64,000 nt of DNA, from NCBI RefSeq assembly GCF_032191835.1, contig NC_083231.1, positions 97,030,001 to 97,094,000 on the forward strand. Reading direction: 5' to 3'. Source of the DNA: Heteronotia binoei (lineage: Eukaryota). Under the pieces are notes generated by a model that was not told the origin of the DNA, searched no databases, and saw nothing but the letters and a program-made list of their open reading frames with translations. The position numbers were made by a program, and so were the translations under genes. Below, one piece after another: positions 13,581 through 26,288 of this stretch (the stretch's first letter is position 1; each line of letters starts with the position of its first letter).

Positions 13581-15244
13581 GAGAGGAGCAGCCACTGCGA
13601 AGCCTGTTCCCCCAAGGGGGAGGGAGCTAGAAGCTGCAACAGGGAAGAAATTAAAAGGATAAAAGGTTGGGAAGGAGACGGAAGAGACTAGACTATTATA
13701 TAAGGAAAGAACACGAACAGACTATAAGAAATGGTCAGAAGAGGAAGAATAGGTAAAAGGGGGGGGGGTCCCCACTAAGTACAAGTTTGGAGGCTTAAGT
13801 CTACAAAGATCTTCTCCCTGTCAAGGCAGGAATAGAACTGAGGAAGGGGTGTTGCTCCACCACACAGGAAAAGGAAGAAATTGATTTCCTGCCTCTCCCT
13901 AAATGGATGGTGGAAATCACCCAAGATGTCCTCTGCCCCAGAGGGAGAACCAACCATAGGATAAAAAATGAGGAGAGGGTCCCCTATGACAAACAAAAAG
14001 GCTCTGCTGGGTTATCCTAGGGTATGCATGAACAAAAGGCATGTGGGATACAGGCTCTAGTAAAGAGGGAAATTAGGTGATACTGAGTGAAAAATCCCAT
14101 TGGTCCTGTCCATCAGTTATTAAGAGACAGATAAATAATATTTCTCTATCTCTCCATATAAGCTGCCCTTCTTTCCAGATCTACAGTCAGGTTTGTGCTA
14201 CTGAATGCATACACTTGCAGTGGATTGTGGCTAGCTCTTTTTCAGAATGATTTGGAGCATTTTGCAGAATGGTTGACAAATACCATTTTTGTGGCTTCTA
14301 AGGGTTGCCATTTATTCTTTAGAGCAGTTTACTGCTAAGCACTCCAAGGCATTTCTTGTGAAGATGTGCCGGAGGATGGCTCCCATTTAAAACAATTTTG
14401 GTCTCACAGATTTTCTTCTGGAATATTACAAACCTACTGAGAATGATTCACGGTTAATTAAGAAGAAACGTCAATAAGAAAAGAATGTTGTTGCAGGATA
14501 ATGGCTTCCTGCTGGCAGGGATATGCCGAGAGAAAGATAAGACAGAGTAATTTATTAAGCAACTGTACACTACAGGAAGAGCAGTCCTATCGATTATTGG
14601 ACGCCTTGGGTGGCAATATAAGAAACAAGACTGAACAATGAATAGCTTCAAGGAATAGGAAAAGACTGTAATCACCCAGAAGTGCTGGCTCTTGCAGACC
14701 ATCATATTGTGCTTATGTAAAGGAACTTAGAAAGACAGATAATAGCCAGCTCTGTTTCTGTAGTTTGCATTATAAAGACACAATTTGAGGGTTAGTGATT
14801 TCATCAGCAGCCATAATGTTCCAAATGTGACCAGTCATTCAAGATCTAGTGACTCTGCCACCCAAGTTACATCAAGTTAATCACTGCATTATATATTGTT
14901 TCATACAAGAAGTTCCCACTTCCCCTGGTGGTAGGAAGTTCCAGGATTAGCTGCTACATGATTTGCATCAGAGAAGAAAGTACTGAAGATGTGATTTTTC
15001 GGGTGATATTTCTTTATGAACAAAAGCATTGAGCAATGTGGAAACAAGCAAATACCCACAAAGCCTGATCTGTAAAGTAGCATCATTTTCTGAGTGCCCC
15101 TTGGAATCCTCTAGTACAATGGCTCTAATTTTTTCTAAACATGCTGTAAAAGTCAGACTTCAAAATTCTTTGCTGGCTACATTACAATTATCATTTTTTC
15201 TGTAGCCCTCTATGGAGTATGGGGATGTGTTATCAAGTACCTAC

Positions 15245-15630
15245 AGTAGAACAAAGCAAGAGTCAAGGTTTACCTTTAAGACCAACGTAGTTTTATTCAG
15301 AATGTAAGCTTTTGTGTGCTCTAAAGCACACTTCATCAGACAATAGTATGGAATGGCAAGCAGTCCTAAAAACAGAGAAGGTGGGCAGTGAGTTAGTATG
15401 CAGAGTCATGGAAATGTTTTTTAGTAGATTAAAAGAATCACGTGGGACTCTGCATACTAACTCATTGCCCACTTTCTCTGTATTTAGGACTGCTTGCCAT
15501 TCCATACTATTGTCTGATGAAGTGTGCTTTGAGCACACTAAAGCTTATATTATGAATAAAACTTGGTTGGTCTTAAAGGTGCACTTGACTCTTGCTTTGT
15601 TCTGCTGCTTCAGAGACCAACACGGCTGCC
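15245..15630. mobile_element. Penelope-like element 3' tails as an inverted pair (about 160-bp arms, 38-nt spacer)
   Basis: Arms 15245-15407 and 15446-15606 are reverse complements; contain CTGATGAAGTGTGC...AAGCTTA...AATAAAACTTGGTTGGTCTTAAAGGTGC, recalled as a squamate PLE terminus. Confidence 0.75.
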
Positions 15631-15917
15631 CACCTGGATCTAACCCCACCTATAGTGTGCATTTGAAAAATGAAACGCTCAACTCTCTCCAGTCCTAACC
15701 ATTTGAGCAAGCTAAGCAAGCATCTTCATTTAGCTCTAGAAACATACCCTATCAGTACCCATTGGCAAGTTATACAAGAGGTGGCAACTTGATACACAAT
15801 GCAACAGCATTTCTGTTTCAGCAGGTATGCATTTTGGCATTCTGGAGTTTATGCCTCTTTTCAAATAAAACATTATTTTGGATTCGCTGACTGATCATTT
15901 TAAATAGGTCAATCACT

Positions 15918-16110
15918 AATAGCTCCGTCTAGTCTGATCTCGTTAGAACTTGGAAAATCACTTGGATGGGAAACTCTCAAAGAAGACTGGGGGCAGCTAT
16001 GCAGAAGAAGACAATGGTAAACCACCTCTGCTCCTTTCTTGTCTTGAAAATCCTATGAGGTGGAACTTCATGGGGCCACCATGAGTTAGCTGCAAGCTGA
16101 TGGCACACTT
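15918..16110 (+). mobile_element. 5S-derived SINE
   Basis: CTGATCTCGTTAGAACTTGGAA...TTGGATGGGAAAC head; GACAATGGTAAACCACC tail. Confidence 0.7.
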
Positions 16111-17886
16111 CACTTTACCAGTTACTAAAATAAAATGAAAATTTGCCTAAAATAACCCCTGAAGAGGATCTTTGACATAATAATGTTTATGAGCTGTAAT
16201 GAATGTAAATATTTTCTCAATGAAAAATAATTGTTAGGCGATGGGAGGCAAACACTTCTGGGAGTAGTTCTGGAATGAGCTACTCATTAGACCTTTGAGA
16301 AGGTGTCGCCACTGTCTTGGAATGGAGGAGGAAGGTGTGCTGGAAGAAACAGCAGTTAGTGTTTAGCAGAGACAGAGCAAACATTCAGACGTCACAGTAA
16401 ACAATTATTTATTTCAACCCCTTTGCAGCACCAAGGTGATGGCAAAACTTACTACATGACTATAATATATTTGGAAGGGAGAGAAAAGCTTACAGCAAGT
16501 TTTTCTTCCTGTCCCCCTTTCTCCACTCAGTTCCTAATTTTTAAGGCTCTGAAACACAACTGTGCCTTCCACTTTTTGTTATATTGCACTTTGGGTTTTG
16601 GGGCTGTATTCCTTCCAAGAAGTTTCTCTGTTAGTAAAAGGACAGGAAACAGGAGAGCAGTAAATTCCTCTCAAGCATCCTCCATCTCATCCATTGCTCT
16701 CACAAGCACCCAAGACTTAAGGTTTGGTTATGCACATGACTCTAGCCAGTGTAGAAAATCAAAGGGCCTTTTCATATCCTGACCAGGATGCAATGCTCAG
16801 GAGGTGTCAGAGATATGAACATGCCAAAGGTCATATTCTATCTCTCTGTGAGAATAACCAGAAGACAAGGACTCACCTTGGGGGGTGGGGTAGGTAAATG
16901 GGAAATAAACTATAGACACAAGGGGAACAAAGTCCATTTGGGTTGAATCCATCCAGGGATATCTTGCAGGAAGGAGCTCTCACACACATCCTGATGGCCA
17001 CTTTTATCATGTGGAGCTAAGAGAGAGTAGGCAGGCTGGTAATGGATGGCAGAATGTAGTAACTTTAAGAGTAAACAGCCTATCTTAGAATACCAACAAG
17101 GCAGGGTATATCTAGAGGAGGGACAGAGGTGTGTGTGTATGGATCTTTACTTAGTATCCTTGCTCAGTTTGTTGTTCTGCAAAGTATGTGGGAGGACAGT
17201 TTCTTTTCAATAAATTTCTTATTACTTGGAAGGCTGGGAGTTTGTTCTGTGTACCCATGTTAGGCCCTACTTGAACATGTTACTAAAAAGGAGCTGGGGA
17301 AGGGAGGCATTTAGTCAATAGATCTCTAGATCTCCAGAGTGCACAGGTGCAGGAAACCATATCTGTGGTAGCAAACTGGAGTAAGCATGAGACACAGTCT
17401 CTAGGAGGAGCCTGTGAACAGTGACATGGACAAAGTGATAAGATTGCTGGCACTCTTTGCAGGAGATACTCTAAATGACTTGCTGGTGTCAGTGCAGATA
17501 CAGAGAAAAGTGAAGGACCTCCCTGGGACCGGGTGCGGGGGACGAGGGTCAGGAGAGTGATATGCCAATGGGCAGATACCTGGGGCTGCCGTTAAATGTC
17601 TCAACCTCTTGGTGGACTCAAAGCAGAACAGTGGTTGCAGGTCAGCAGTGCCATTCTTGAACCGCAATGAATGTTTCACAGCCCTCGACTGCCTCCTCTC
17701 TTTTGCCAATTCACCACATTCCCTAACCTCATTTTTGCTCAGAGGTTTGACAAAATATTGGCAAAGAACACACAATAATTGCCCATTCACTCACACTGTT
17801 ATCCTAAGATATCTGTCTTCAGAGGGTATGACTCTGGTACTGTAAATTTCTCATACTCTCCTGAGATATACTGGGTTTTCAGTATT

Positions 17887-18122
17887 AAAAGGTAAAGATA
17901 GTCCCCTGTGCAAGCACCAGTCGTTTCTGACTCTGGGGTGACATTGCATCATGATGTTTTCACGGCAGACTTTTTACGGAGTGGCTTGCAATTGCCCTCC
18001 CCAGTCATCTACACTTCCCCCCAGCAAGCTGGGTACTCATTTTACTGACCTCGAAAGGATGGAAGGGTGAGTCAACCTTGAGCTGGCTACCTGAACCCAG
18101 CTTCCGCCAGGATTGAACTCAG
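17887..18122 (-). mobile_element. Sauria SINE (Squam1), 5'-truncated
   Basis: Reverse complement of 35958-36207; Bov-B-like tail GGGGACTA(C/T)CTTTACCTTTT. Confidence 0.85.
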
Positions 18123-18165
18123 TATACTCTCATCCAAAAAGAATCCAAACCCAGGAAGCACTACA

Positions 18166-18452
18166 GGAAAGCCAGTTTGGTGCAGTGGTTAAGTGTGCGG
18201 ACTCTTATCTGAGAGAACTAGGTTTGATTCCCCACTCCTCCACTTGCACCTGCTGGGATGGCCTTGGGTCAGCCATAGCTCTGGCAGAGGTTGTCCTTGA
18301 AAGGGCAGCTGCTGTGAGAGCCCTCTCCAGCCCCACCCACCTCACAGGGTGTCTGTTGTGGGAGAGGAAGGTGAAGGAGATTGTGAGCTGCTCTGAGACT
18401 CTTCAGAGTGGGCGGGATATAAATCCAATATCTTCTTCTTCTTCTTCTACTC
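18166..18452 (+). mobile_element. Squam3-type SINE
   Basis: GCCAGTTTGGTGCAGTGGTTAAG head, GGTTTGATTCCCC box B, (TTC)n tail. Confidence 0.88.
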
Positions 18453-18535
18453 TTTAAACTGTTCACTGTGGGGGAGGGAATGGAGAGCACACAACAGTAT
18501 TAGCAGACTAATTCTATACACTGCTGTACAGTGGC

Positions 18536-18703
18536 CAGGGCTGGCCCAAGACTGTTTGGCACCCTAGGCAAGAGTAACTTCTGCCCCCTGCCCCAGCCCT
18601 GATAACATCACCGAGTCATATGGGGGGGTGCCCAATTTGGCATCCCCACAAGGCCGGCATCTTAGGCAATTGCCTAGTTTGTCTAGTGCCAGGGTTGGTC
18701 CTG
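18536..18703. mobile_element. hAT MITE (CAGGGC family)
   Basis: TSD ACAGTGGC / ACAGTGGT. Confidence 0.75.
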
Positions 18704-20559
18704 ACAGTGGTATCCTAAGCAAAACCGCACCCTTGTAGATCCATTATCTTCAAAAGGCTTAGAAGGGTGTCAATCAGTTTAAGTTGGCACTCTTAGTTGC
18801 TGAAATGTAGGCAGAAGCTCATAAGTAGCACCTAGAAGATCATCCTTCACAAGGCAGGCACACTTTTAGTTCATGCAGGATGCCAGCTTGCCCTGCAGGA
18901 GTTAACTGAGGGCCCTCAAACATGTCACATGTAACAGGAAAAACCATGTCACATGTAACAGGAAAAATATGTTTTTGTTACTGTTGTTGAAAACCCTTTA
19001 AAAAGCTCTACAATTGGGGATACAGAAGCACTCTGGAGAACACCAGGATGCAAGAAATGGCACAACACTACGTATCCCCAATCCCTACTGCATTCCTTCT
19101 TGTTCCTGCCACATTTCATAAGGCCTTCCCAACAATGTACACATATCATAGGACTTCTGGGTTTTATTGCACCGGCATTTTGGGAATAGGGGGACTGTCT
19201 CACAGCAAAAGAGCCCAAGAAAATGACAGCCACTAGTATAAGATTAGTTCTCTTGCACTGGCAGCCTAATGCTCGATGTTATGTTCCTCTGCACAATGAA
19301 GAACAGATTACACATTCGGTCACACTACAATTTGAGAACTGTTTTTACAGAAGCATCCTTTAAGGACATTAGTTTTTATTTTCAGTACCTAAAAATCAAG
19401 AGGAATACATTCAGACGCCATGAAGCTAAGCTCTAAGGTAAGTGATTTGCCCTCCCCCTGAATATCTTTAAAATTTCTCTGCAGTCCTTTTGGTCATGCC
19501 ATATTAACGATAGCAAATCAATACAATAATTAAATAGTCATGGGGATAGGGATGGGCGCTATATATTTTCATGCCTGGCTGAAAGACTCAAAGTTATGAG
19601 CTGATAAAAAGCAGATTATACCTGATCAGGTCCTAATTAGCTGTAACATTAGACCACCAAGGTCACTCAAAGGTCAGCTACTTGCTGTTGTGTAATGGTA
19701 ATGGTAATGGTAATTACTTGCTGTTGTGTAATGGTACAGTACATTTCAACATACATTGATCTCAGATACAAGCCTGACAACTGTAGAGGTGAATGAGGAA
19801 GATTAGAAAGGACTGTCCCTTCTCTATGTACATTATGGGTTGAATCCAGAATAGATTTTCTGCTAATGGAAAGTGTTAAATACTGGGTTCAACACGGAGG
19901 AGTTCAACCAGGAACATACTTTAATGACAACTACATACTAAGACAACATGGTGGGGCTGAGACCTCCACTTATATACATGCAAATTAAACAACTCCCCTC
20001 CCCCAATTTCCCCAATTTCCCATACCAAATCATGGCAGTCAAGTTTTGCACCAAGACCACTCATTGGTTCCTGCTTCCAATTCAAATTAATCAAGAGTCT
20101 CTAGCATTTCCTGCAGTTGCCCAGGTGCATGGTGAAGCTTCCCGTGAAACATTAAATTCAGTACATAACAGAAGCGAAGTGTAATGTTCACTGAATTCCT
20201 CTTTCTGAAGCAGACCCCTAACTTGCTCCTTGTGCCATACCTGAGGTTCCCCTATTCCCCAGAAGCAACTCTTTGAATGGATCAGTGGACTGAAGAGGGA
20301 GAGAGGGTGATATTAATGACCTCAGCATGACCCAAGAGTAAACACATCACCTCTTTCTAATATTAAAAAAAAGATGTAGTTCAATGACTGCACTTGAAAA
20401 CTGAGCAAAAACATTAAGGAGATGGCATGTGGGAGACTCAACTCATGTGCAAATATAGCTAATTGATGGAAGGTTTGACTATTGATGGTATTCAGATCAA
20501 AGTTTTTAGCATCCCTGGATAATACTAAAGAGTTATTGGTTGACAATGAGGCCAGTTAA

Positions 20560-20910
20560 GGTTTGGGGGACCTACCTATCTAGATGGGATTGCACTCCAC
20601 TTAAGGAACAGATTTGAGGTGATTTTTGATCTTGGGCTATAAATGGAAGTGCCAATCTCCTTCTCAGTATATAGCTTCTTTGATCAGCTTTAGCTGGTTC
20701 ACCAACTGTTTGATTTGACAAGAGTTGTCCATGCTCTGATCATATGGAGGCTAAGCTAATGAAATGCACTATATGCAGGGCTGTCTATGAAGACCATTTG
20801 GAAAGCCTGAGTGATTCATAGCTATACTACTAGCAGGTAAAAGTTAGAGGGACCATATTTCACCAGTTTTAAAAGCTCTACTAGCTGCTATTCAAAGTGC
20901 AGAGTCTGGG
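20560..20910 (+). mobile_element. Degraded L2 LINE RT fragment
   Basis: Remnants of LDGIALHLKEQ, VVHALI, DHISPVLK typical of squamate L2 ORF2. Confidence 0.6.
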
Positions 20911-21591
20911 ACAAGAACACCTGAAGAATAATCTCTTACTGTTTCATATGGTAAACTACCTTGGGTAGGCAACGTTGAAATATTTCAAATAAACAAATAA
21001 ATGAATTTCTTGCAGCTCAGGCTAGCAACATTTTGACAGATTCCCCAAAGGCAAAAATACAAATAGCGATCATAGTAACGCACAAGGCTGTCCCTGGACA
21101 ATAGGAACTGATGGAATGTAAGCAGGCTGAAGCACCTTCCCCATATAAAAAGGCTGATTCCCTCATTGCTTTTACTTAAAAGAAACATTGATTTTGTTTT
21201 AAACACAGACGTGTAAAAGCAACATTTATTTTGTTTTAAACACAGACATGGTTGTTTTAGTGCCTGAATTGTACATTGTGTTCAATGTCCTGCAACTTAG
21301 AAACTTATGCATAAATTTCAAACTGTTAGAAACTTAGTGTTCCAGCCATCCTTCTCCTTACTTGAACACAAGCCCAATTTCCTTTGCTCTGTTCTGCACC
21401 ATACCTACTGCCCCCATGCACTTCTTACCTGACAGAAGCATGTTGCCGGCTGTGAACATCCTTCTAATGTATTTCTCTTTTAGAATAGTGTATCAGAATA
21501 ATATTTTTTGTATTGACATACTCAAATAAGGGATATTGGCTGTTTATCTCATTATATATACTTAACCCATTTTCACTATATTTTAATGTAT

Positions 21592-22899
21592 TCAGAAGAT
21601 TCATCTAGAATGTCATCCAGCATTTCACATTCAATTTGAATGTAACAAAAACTAGAGACCCGAAACTCTGCTGTTTACTAACCCCAGCTGATGTGCAGGA
21701 GGGAGAAGCAAACTAGAATGATGTTTATAATGTATAGAATGATGTTTATAATACATGTTAAAAAGTAAATTAGATGGACAAGAACATCACTAGGAAATAA
21801 ATGTCCTTTTGTTTTACCTAGACTTGTAGCAAGAGCAATTAACAGACAACTTTTATTACCTTTTATTGGTTTCCCACACAAATGCTATCCAGACCAAATG
21901 GTCCTTCGATTTATTACACTATTTTGCCATTTGATCCTAACTTTGTATTAGTTTACACTTAACCCACCAGCTATATGTATTTCTGCTCACTGTACCCCAT
22001 TTCCTCATCTGATGAAGTATGCATGCATACAAAAGCTTACATTCTGAAAGTCCTAAAGGTGTTATTTGACTCCCACTTTGTTATCCTTCTCCACGGTGCA
22101 CAAATCCAAAGACTTAAAAAGCCTATTCCCAAACCCTTCACACATGAAATCAACAGCTGCTGTGCAATCAGCAGACGGGAACTGAGTAAAATATTAAAAG
22201 TAGCAGGTGAAAACGATCTGTTCCAATCCAAATAGCGTGCCCTGTTTGGTAAATCACAACAGGGATATTTTTATTCCAAAAAGAGATATTTTCTGCTTTC
22301 CACTCTGCCTAGGCCTGGGGGTGGGGGTGGGGTGGGAAAGCATTATGCCTGCAAAGTTGTGAATCTTTCCTCAACAACAAATAAGGGAGACACAGCTAGG
22401 ACACTTTTGGTGGCCACGGACAAACAATTCAGAAGTACTGAAGTGCCAACATCATAAGGATCTTGCCGCTTTGTTCCTTTCCAAGCAGGATGCAGAAACA
22501 GTCGTGCCCGTATGGTTTGATAACAGGAATGACATGATTGTCATGTTTTAAATCACCAGCCATAAGAGGCTTTCTTAAGTGAACATGACAACGCTTAAAA
22601 GTCCCATACTGCCTTGGTTAAGATCTGTCAATCACAATTAACACCAAACAGATTTGCTATTCTAAACTAAATAAGCCCACAGTCTTCTTTTTCTGCAAAG
22701 TGGAAAGCTGATGAGGAGTGAATACAGAAGCTAGACTTAGCACTGTAGCCAGTTAATCTGTCACTGGGAATTACCTTCAGCTTCTCCCTCCCTCCACATC
22801 CACTGGGGTTAGTAAACAACAGAGTTTCTGGTCTCATAGTTTTTGTTACATTCAAATTGAATGTGAAATGCTGGATGACATTTTAAATGAATCTTCTGA
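21592..22899. repeat. Pair of about 120-bp inverted repeats (21592-21709, 22780-22899) enclosing 1.07 kb
   Basis: About 9 differences over 120 bp by manual alignment, with a 46-bp identical core; no TSD found. Confidence 0.85.
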
Positions 22900-23204
22900 G
22901 CTGCGGCCCTAGGATACAGAAGCCCTCTGTGCATTACTTATTCTATCGGTCTGAACATTCAAATATTTTGATATTAAGTCCATTAAATTCTTGCTATTTC
23001 CTTTTTTGAATCACATTAAACCTTGGCCACCTGGCATCTGAAGGAAACACACCTCTCTCAGCTCCCTCTCTCAAAAAGAAGTCCTTCCAAAAGTTGCTAT
23101 TTACTTATAGTCAGAAAAGTATCACCAATGATGGGATTCACACTTTGAGGTTTTTGATGGTGGTAGAAAGTGCATTAAGTCACAGCCAATTTCTGGTTGC
23201 CCTG

Positions 23205-23368
23205 TGGGGTTTCAGAGACAAGTAGAGGTGGTTTGCCATTGCCTTTCTCTGCATAGCAAACTTGGCTTTTCTTTGTGGTCTCCCATCCAAGCACTACCCA
23301 CAGCTGACCCTGCTTGGCTTCCAGGATCTGGTAAGATCAGGCTAGCCTGGGCCATACAAGTTAGGACA
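23205..23368 (-). mobile_element. 5S-derived SINE
   Basis: GGTCTCCCATCCAAGCACTA...CCCTGCTTGGCTTCC is the reverse complement of 5S boxes C and A. Confidence 0.75.
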
Positions 23369-24585
23369 GTGAGGGCTCTACCTTTCTCAATCAACCTTCT
23401 GTATTTTGTTTCTGTTCATTCTGGGAAGACTCCTTTTATCATCATACTTCTGAAAAAGTATTTCCCCATACAATATGCTCTCCCCCTGTCCTGAGAATTC
23501 AAGGCAGAATGTCACATGAATAACCAACACATTCCTGTCACTTTCCCCACGCCTCCTGAAGCCTACTTTACAGAAAACAACTTTGACATGTTAAAACAAT
23601 ACAGTTAAATGGTTCAGGTCTGTTCAATGGATCATCATAGAATCATAGCATTGGAAGAGACCTCCAGGGTCATCTAGTCCAACCCTCATCTCAGATCTAT
23701 CTCTGCTTTTAAACAAACACCAAAGATTTGCATCTTTATTTTATGAAACAACATTATTGTTATTGGGAAAGCCCTTATATCAGTATTCATCTGAAACGTC
23801 TTTGGTACAAAATTCTCTGCTTCTGCTTTTAGGGCCTTACTCCTGACTTTGTGAGTAGGAAGGCAAACATATTCAGAGATTTAATCCTACTTCCTACACC
23901 TGGATGATTATTACAGAATTGAAAGGGTAAGGAAGAGAAACAGTTACACCTTAATTAGGATTGCCAATCTCCAGTTGGGTGTCGAGGATCCCCCGGTTTG
24001 GAGCCCCCACCCCTGCTTCAGGGCCATCAGAAAGTGTGTGTGTGTGTGGGAGGAATAGCCACTGGGCACTCCATTATACCTGTGGAGACTAGTCCCCATA
24101 AGGCATAATGGAGAATCAATCCATGGGTATCTGGGCTTCTGGGAACAGACTTTTTTTTTAGGTAGAGGCACTAAATTTTCAGCATAGCTGCTAGTGCCTC
24201 TCCACAACACCTCCCCCCACCAATTTCAAAAAGATTGGACCAGGGTTCCAATTCTATGAGCCACGAAAGAAGGTGCTCCCATCCTCCATTATTTCCAATG
24301 GATGGAAGGCTTTTAAAAGGAACATGGTCCTTTTAAATGTGACAGCCAGAACTCACTTGGGAGTTCAGTCACACTTCTTCCCTCCCCTCTCCCAGAGCCT
24401 CCTGGTAAGTTCGCCACCGGCTTGTTGGCTTCACCTGGCAACCCTACTTAATATATAAGAATGCCAAGGTCAGCATAAAACATTTCTAATGTAAATGCTG
24501 CTAGTAGCATTGGGGAAATAGTTTAACCCCACATAGATAAACTGATGGTTTCAATAAAATTTACTGCTACAATGGTGCTTGTGAG

Positions 24586-24761
24586 CAGAACTGGATCTAC
24601 ATGTTTTTTGAGGGGGGGCAAAATTAAAAAATGGCACCTACTTATGGGCCATTCTATCTTATGGTCCCATAGAATACAATGGATTCCATACCCAATTTGC
24701 CCCCCCCTCCGTTGGCACCAGAGGCAAGCACCCCCCTCTGCCCCCCCTTGATCCAGCCCTG
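24586..24761. mobile_element. hAT MITE
   Basis: TIR CAGAACTGGATC / GATCCAGCCCTG; perfect TSD CTTGTGAG. Confidence 0.82.
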
Positions 24762-26052
24762 CTTGTGAGAAGTATTAACTTTGAGACCTTTGAGATATAG
24801 CAATTTACAGGCAGAAAGGAAGCACAAGAGATTAGGGAAGATAAGAGAAGCACTTCCAAAGTTCTGAACAGTGGACAGGAGGCACTACAGTTCCCTCTAA
24901 AGTTCAGACAGACTAAAGACATCCTGTGCCACTATTTACATTTATAAAGCTGCCCACATGCTGTTGCCTCTCCAACAAATTCATGCTCCAGTACTTCAGT
25001 GATGGGGAAATAGAAGGCTATAGGGGTCCATGTAGTTGTTTAGCTGACAGATGCATATGGATTAGCCAGTACGGCACATTTCTGGTGCAGCAATGCCTGT
25101 ATTGACCCCTGAAAGATTACATTAACAAATGCTACAAGCCATTGTTCCGGTTAGTCAGTCAGTTCTAGAGATCAGACTTCGCTTGTTTTCAGAACTTGAA
25201 TCAGCTGCTGTTCTGTTCCATTCCAGGTTGCATAATCCCACAGTCATGGGTTTTAAAATAAACAGCATCAGGAGTGAGCACCAAAGGTGAACCCTCCATC
25301 TGTGACTCATTAGGGCATAATGTGAATAAGTATTGCTTTCAGGAGTTTGGGTTGGGATCATACTAAGAGGATTAATGACTCTAGGGAATGATGGCTTCTC
25401 TCCCACCACTCTGCTTACCAAAGTCTGAAGCCTTCCTCCTCCGTACGTTGCTTTACTGTTCCAGCAGAAGAGCCATTTTGCCCAGGGGGAGCCTCTTTAG
25501 GCTAAAAAAAGGCTTCAGACTTTGCTGAGAGGAGTGATAAGATACAAGGCCGTGGAAGTAGAGCTGAAAGGTGGAGGGAACAAGTAATATAATTAAACAG
25601 GTCAGGGAAGGCATAGTCAGCAGGTGAGTCATCATAGGGTGGGGAGAATACCACAATTAGAGTTCCAAATAGAGTTCCCAACTCTGGGGTGGGAAATTCC
25701 TGGAGATTTGGGAGTGAAGCCTGGGGAGGGTGGGGTTCAGGAAATGGCAAGGAGGATAAACAGTTTTATACCTGAGACACCTCAGCAGGGTATAACACCA
25801 TACAGTCCACCCTCCAAGGCTGCCTCCAACATCTTTTGGAGATCTGTTGTTAATTCTGTAAGATTTCTAGGCCCCACATTTCCTCTAGGGGGACTGATCT
25901 CTGCAGTCTGGAGATCAGTTGTTGGTACATATCTGGGAGGAGAGATGTTTTAATATAGGTCCTACTGTGAGGAATGTGGAATGTTATAGTGTATAGCCCA
26001 TCTTGTCAGATCTTGGAGGCTAAACAAGCTTGGCATTTAGATGGGAGACCAC

Positions 26053-26288
26053 CAATGTTCCCTCTAAGCTGCAGTCTTGTGAGCAAAAACTCTACTTTGT
26101 GAGCTACTGGCATTAAAGTTGTGAGCTACTGGCCTTAAAGTTGTGAGCTATTGGCGTTAAAGTTGTGAGCTACTGCATAAATTATTGTGCTCTAGGGCCA
26201 TTTTTACTGAGCTAAGACAAAAATGTGTGAGCTGCAGGCTAAAAATCTGTGAGCTAGCTCATACTAATTCAGCTTATAGGGAACACTG
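26053..26288 (+). mobile_element. hAT MITE (CAGTGTTCCC family) inserted in a 5S SINE
   Basis: Perfect 8-bp TSD GAGACCAC; three internal 22-bp repeats. Confidence 0.88.

Noticed and set aside
15293-15698. Near-identical peptides encoded on both strands
   Set aside because: Artefact of the Penelope inverted repeat, not genes.
16805-17277. Possible solo LTR (TGTCAG...GAACA with TATA-like and AATAAA motifs)
   Set aside because: No matching target-site duplication at the candidate ends and no second copy; left uncalled.
17401-17845. Overlapping 129-aa minus ORF and long plus-strand frame, possible retrocopy or viral insert
   Set aside because: No recognisable domain, polyA tail or TSD; a tBLASTx search would be needed to revive it.
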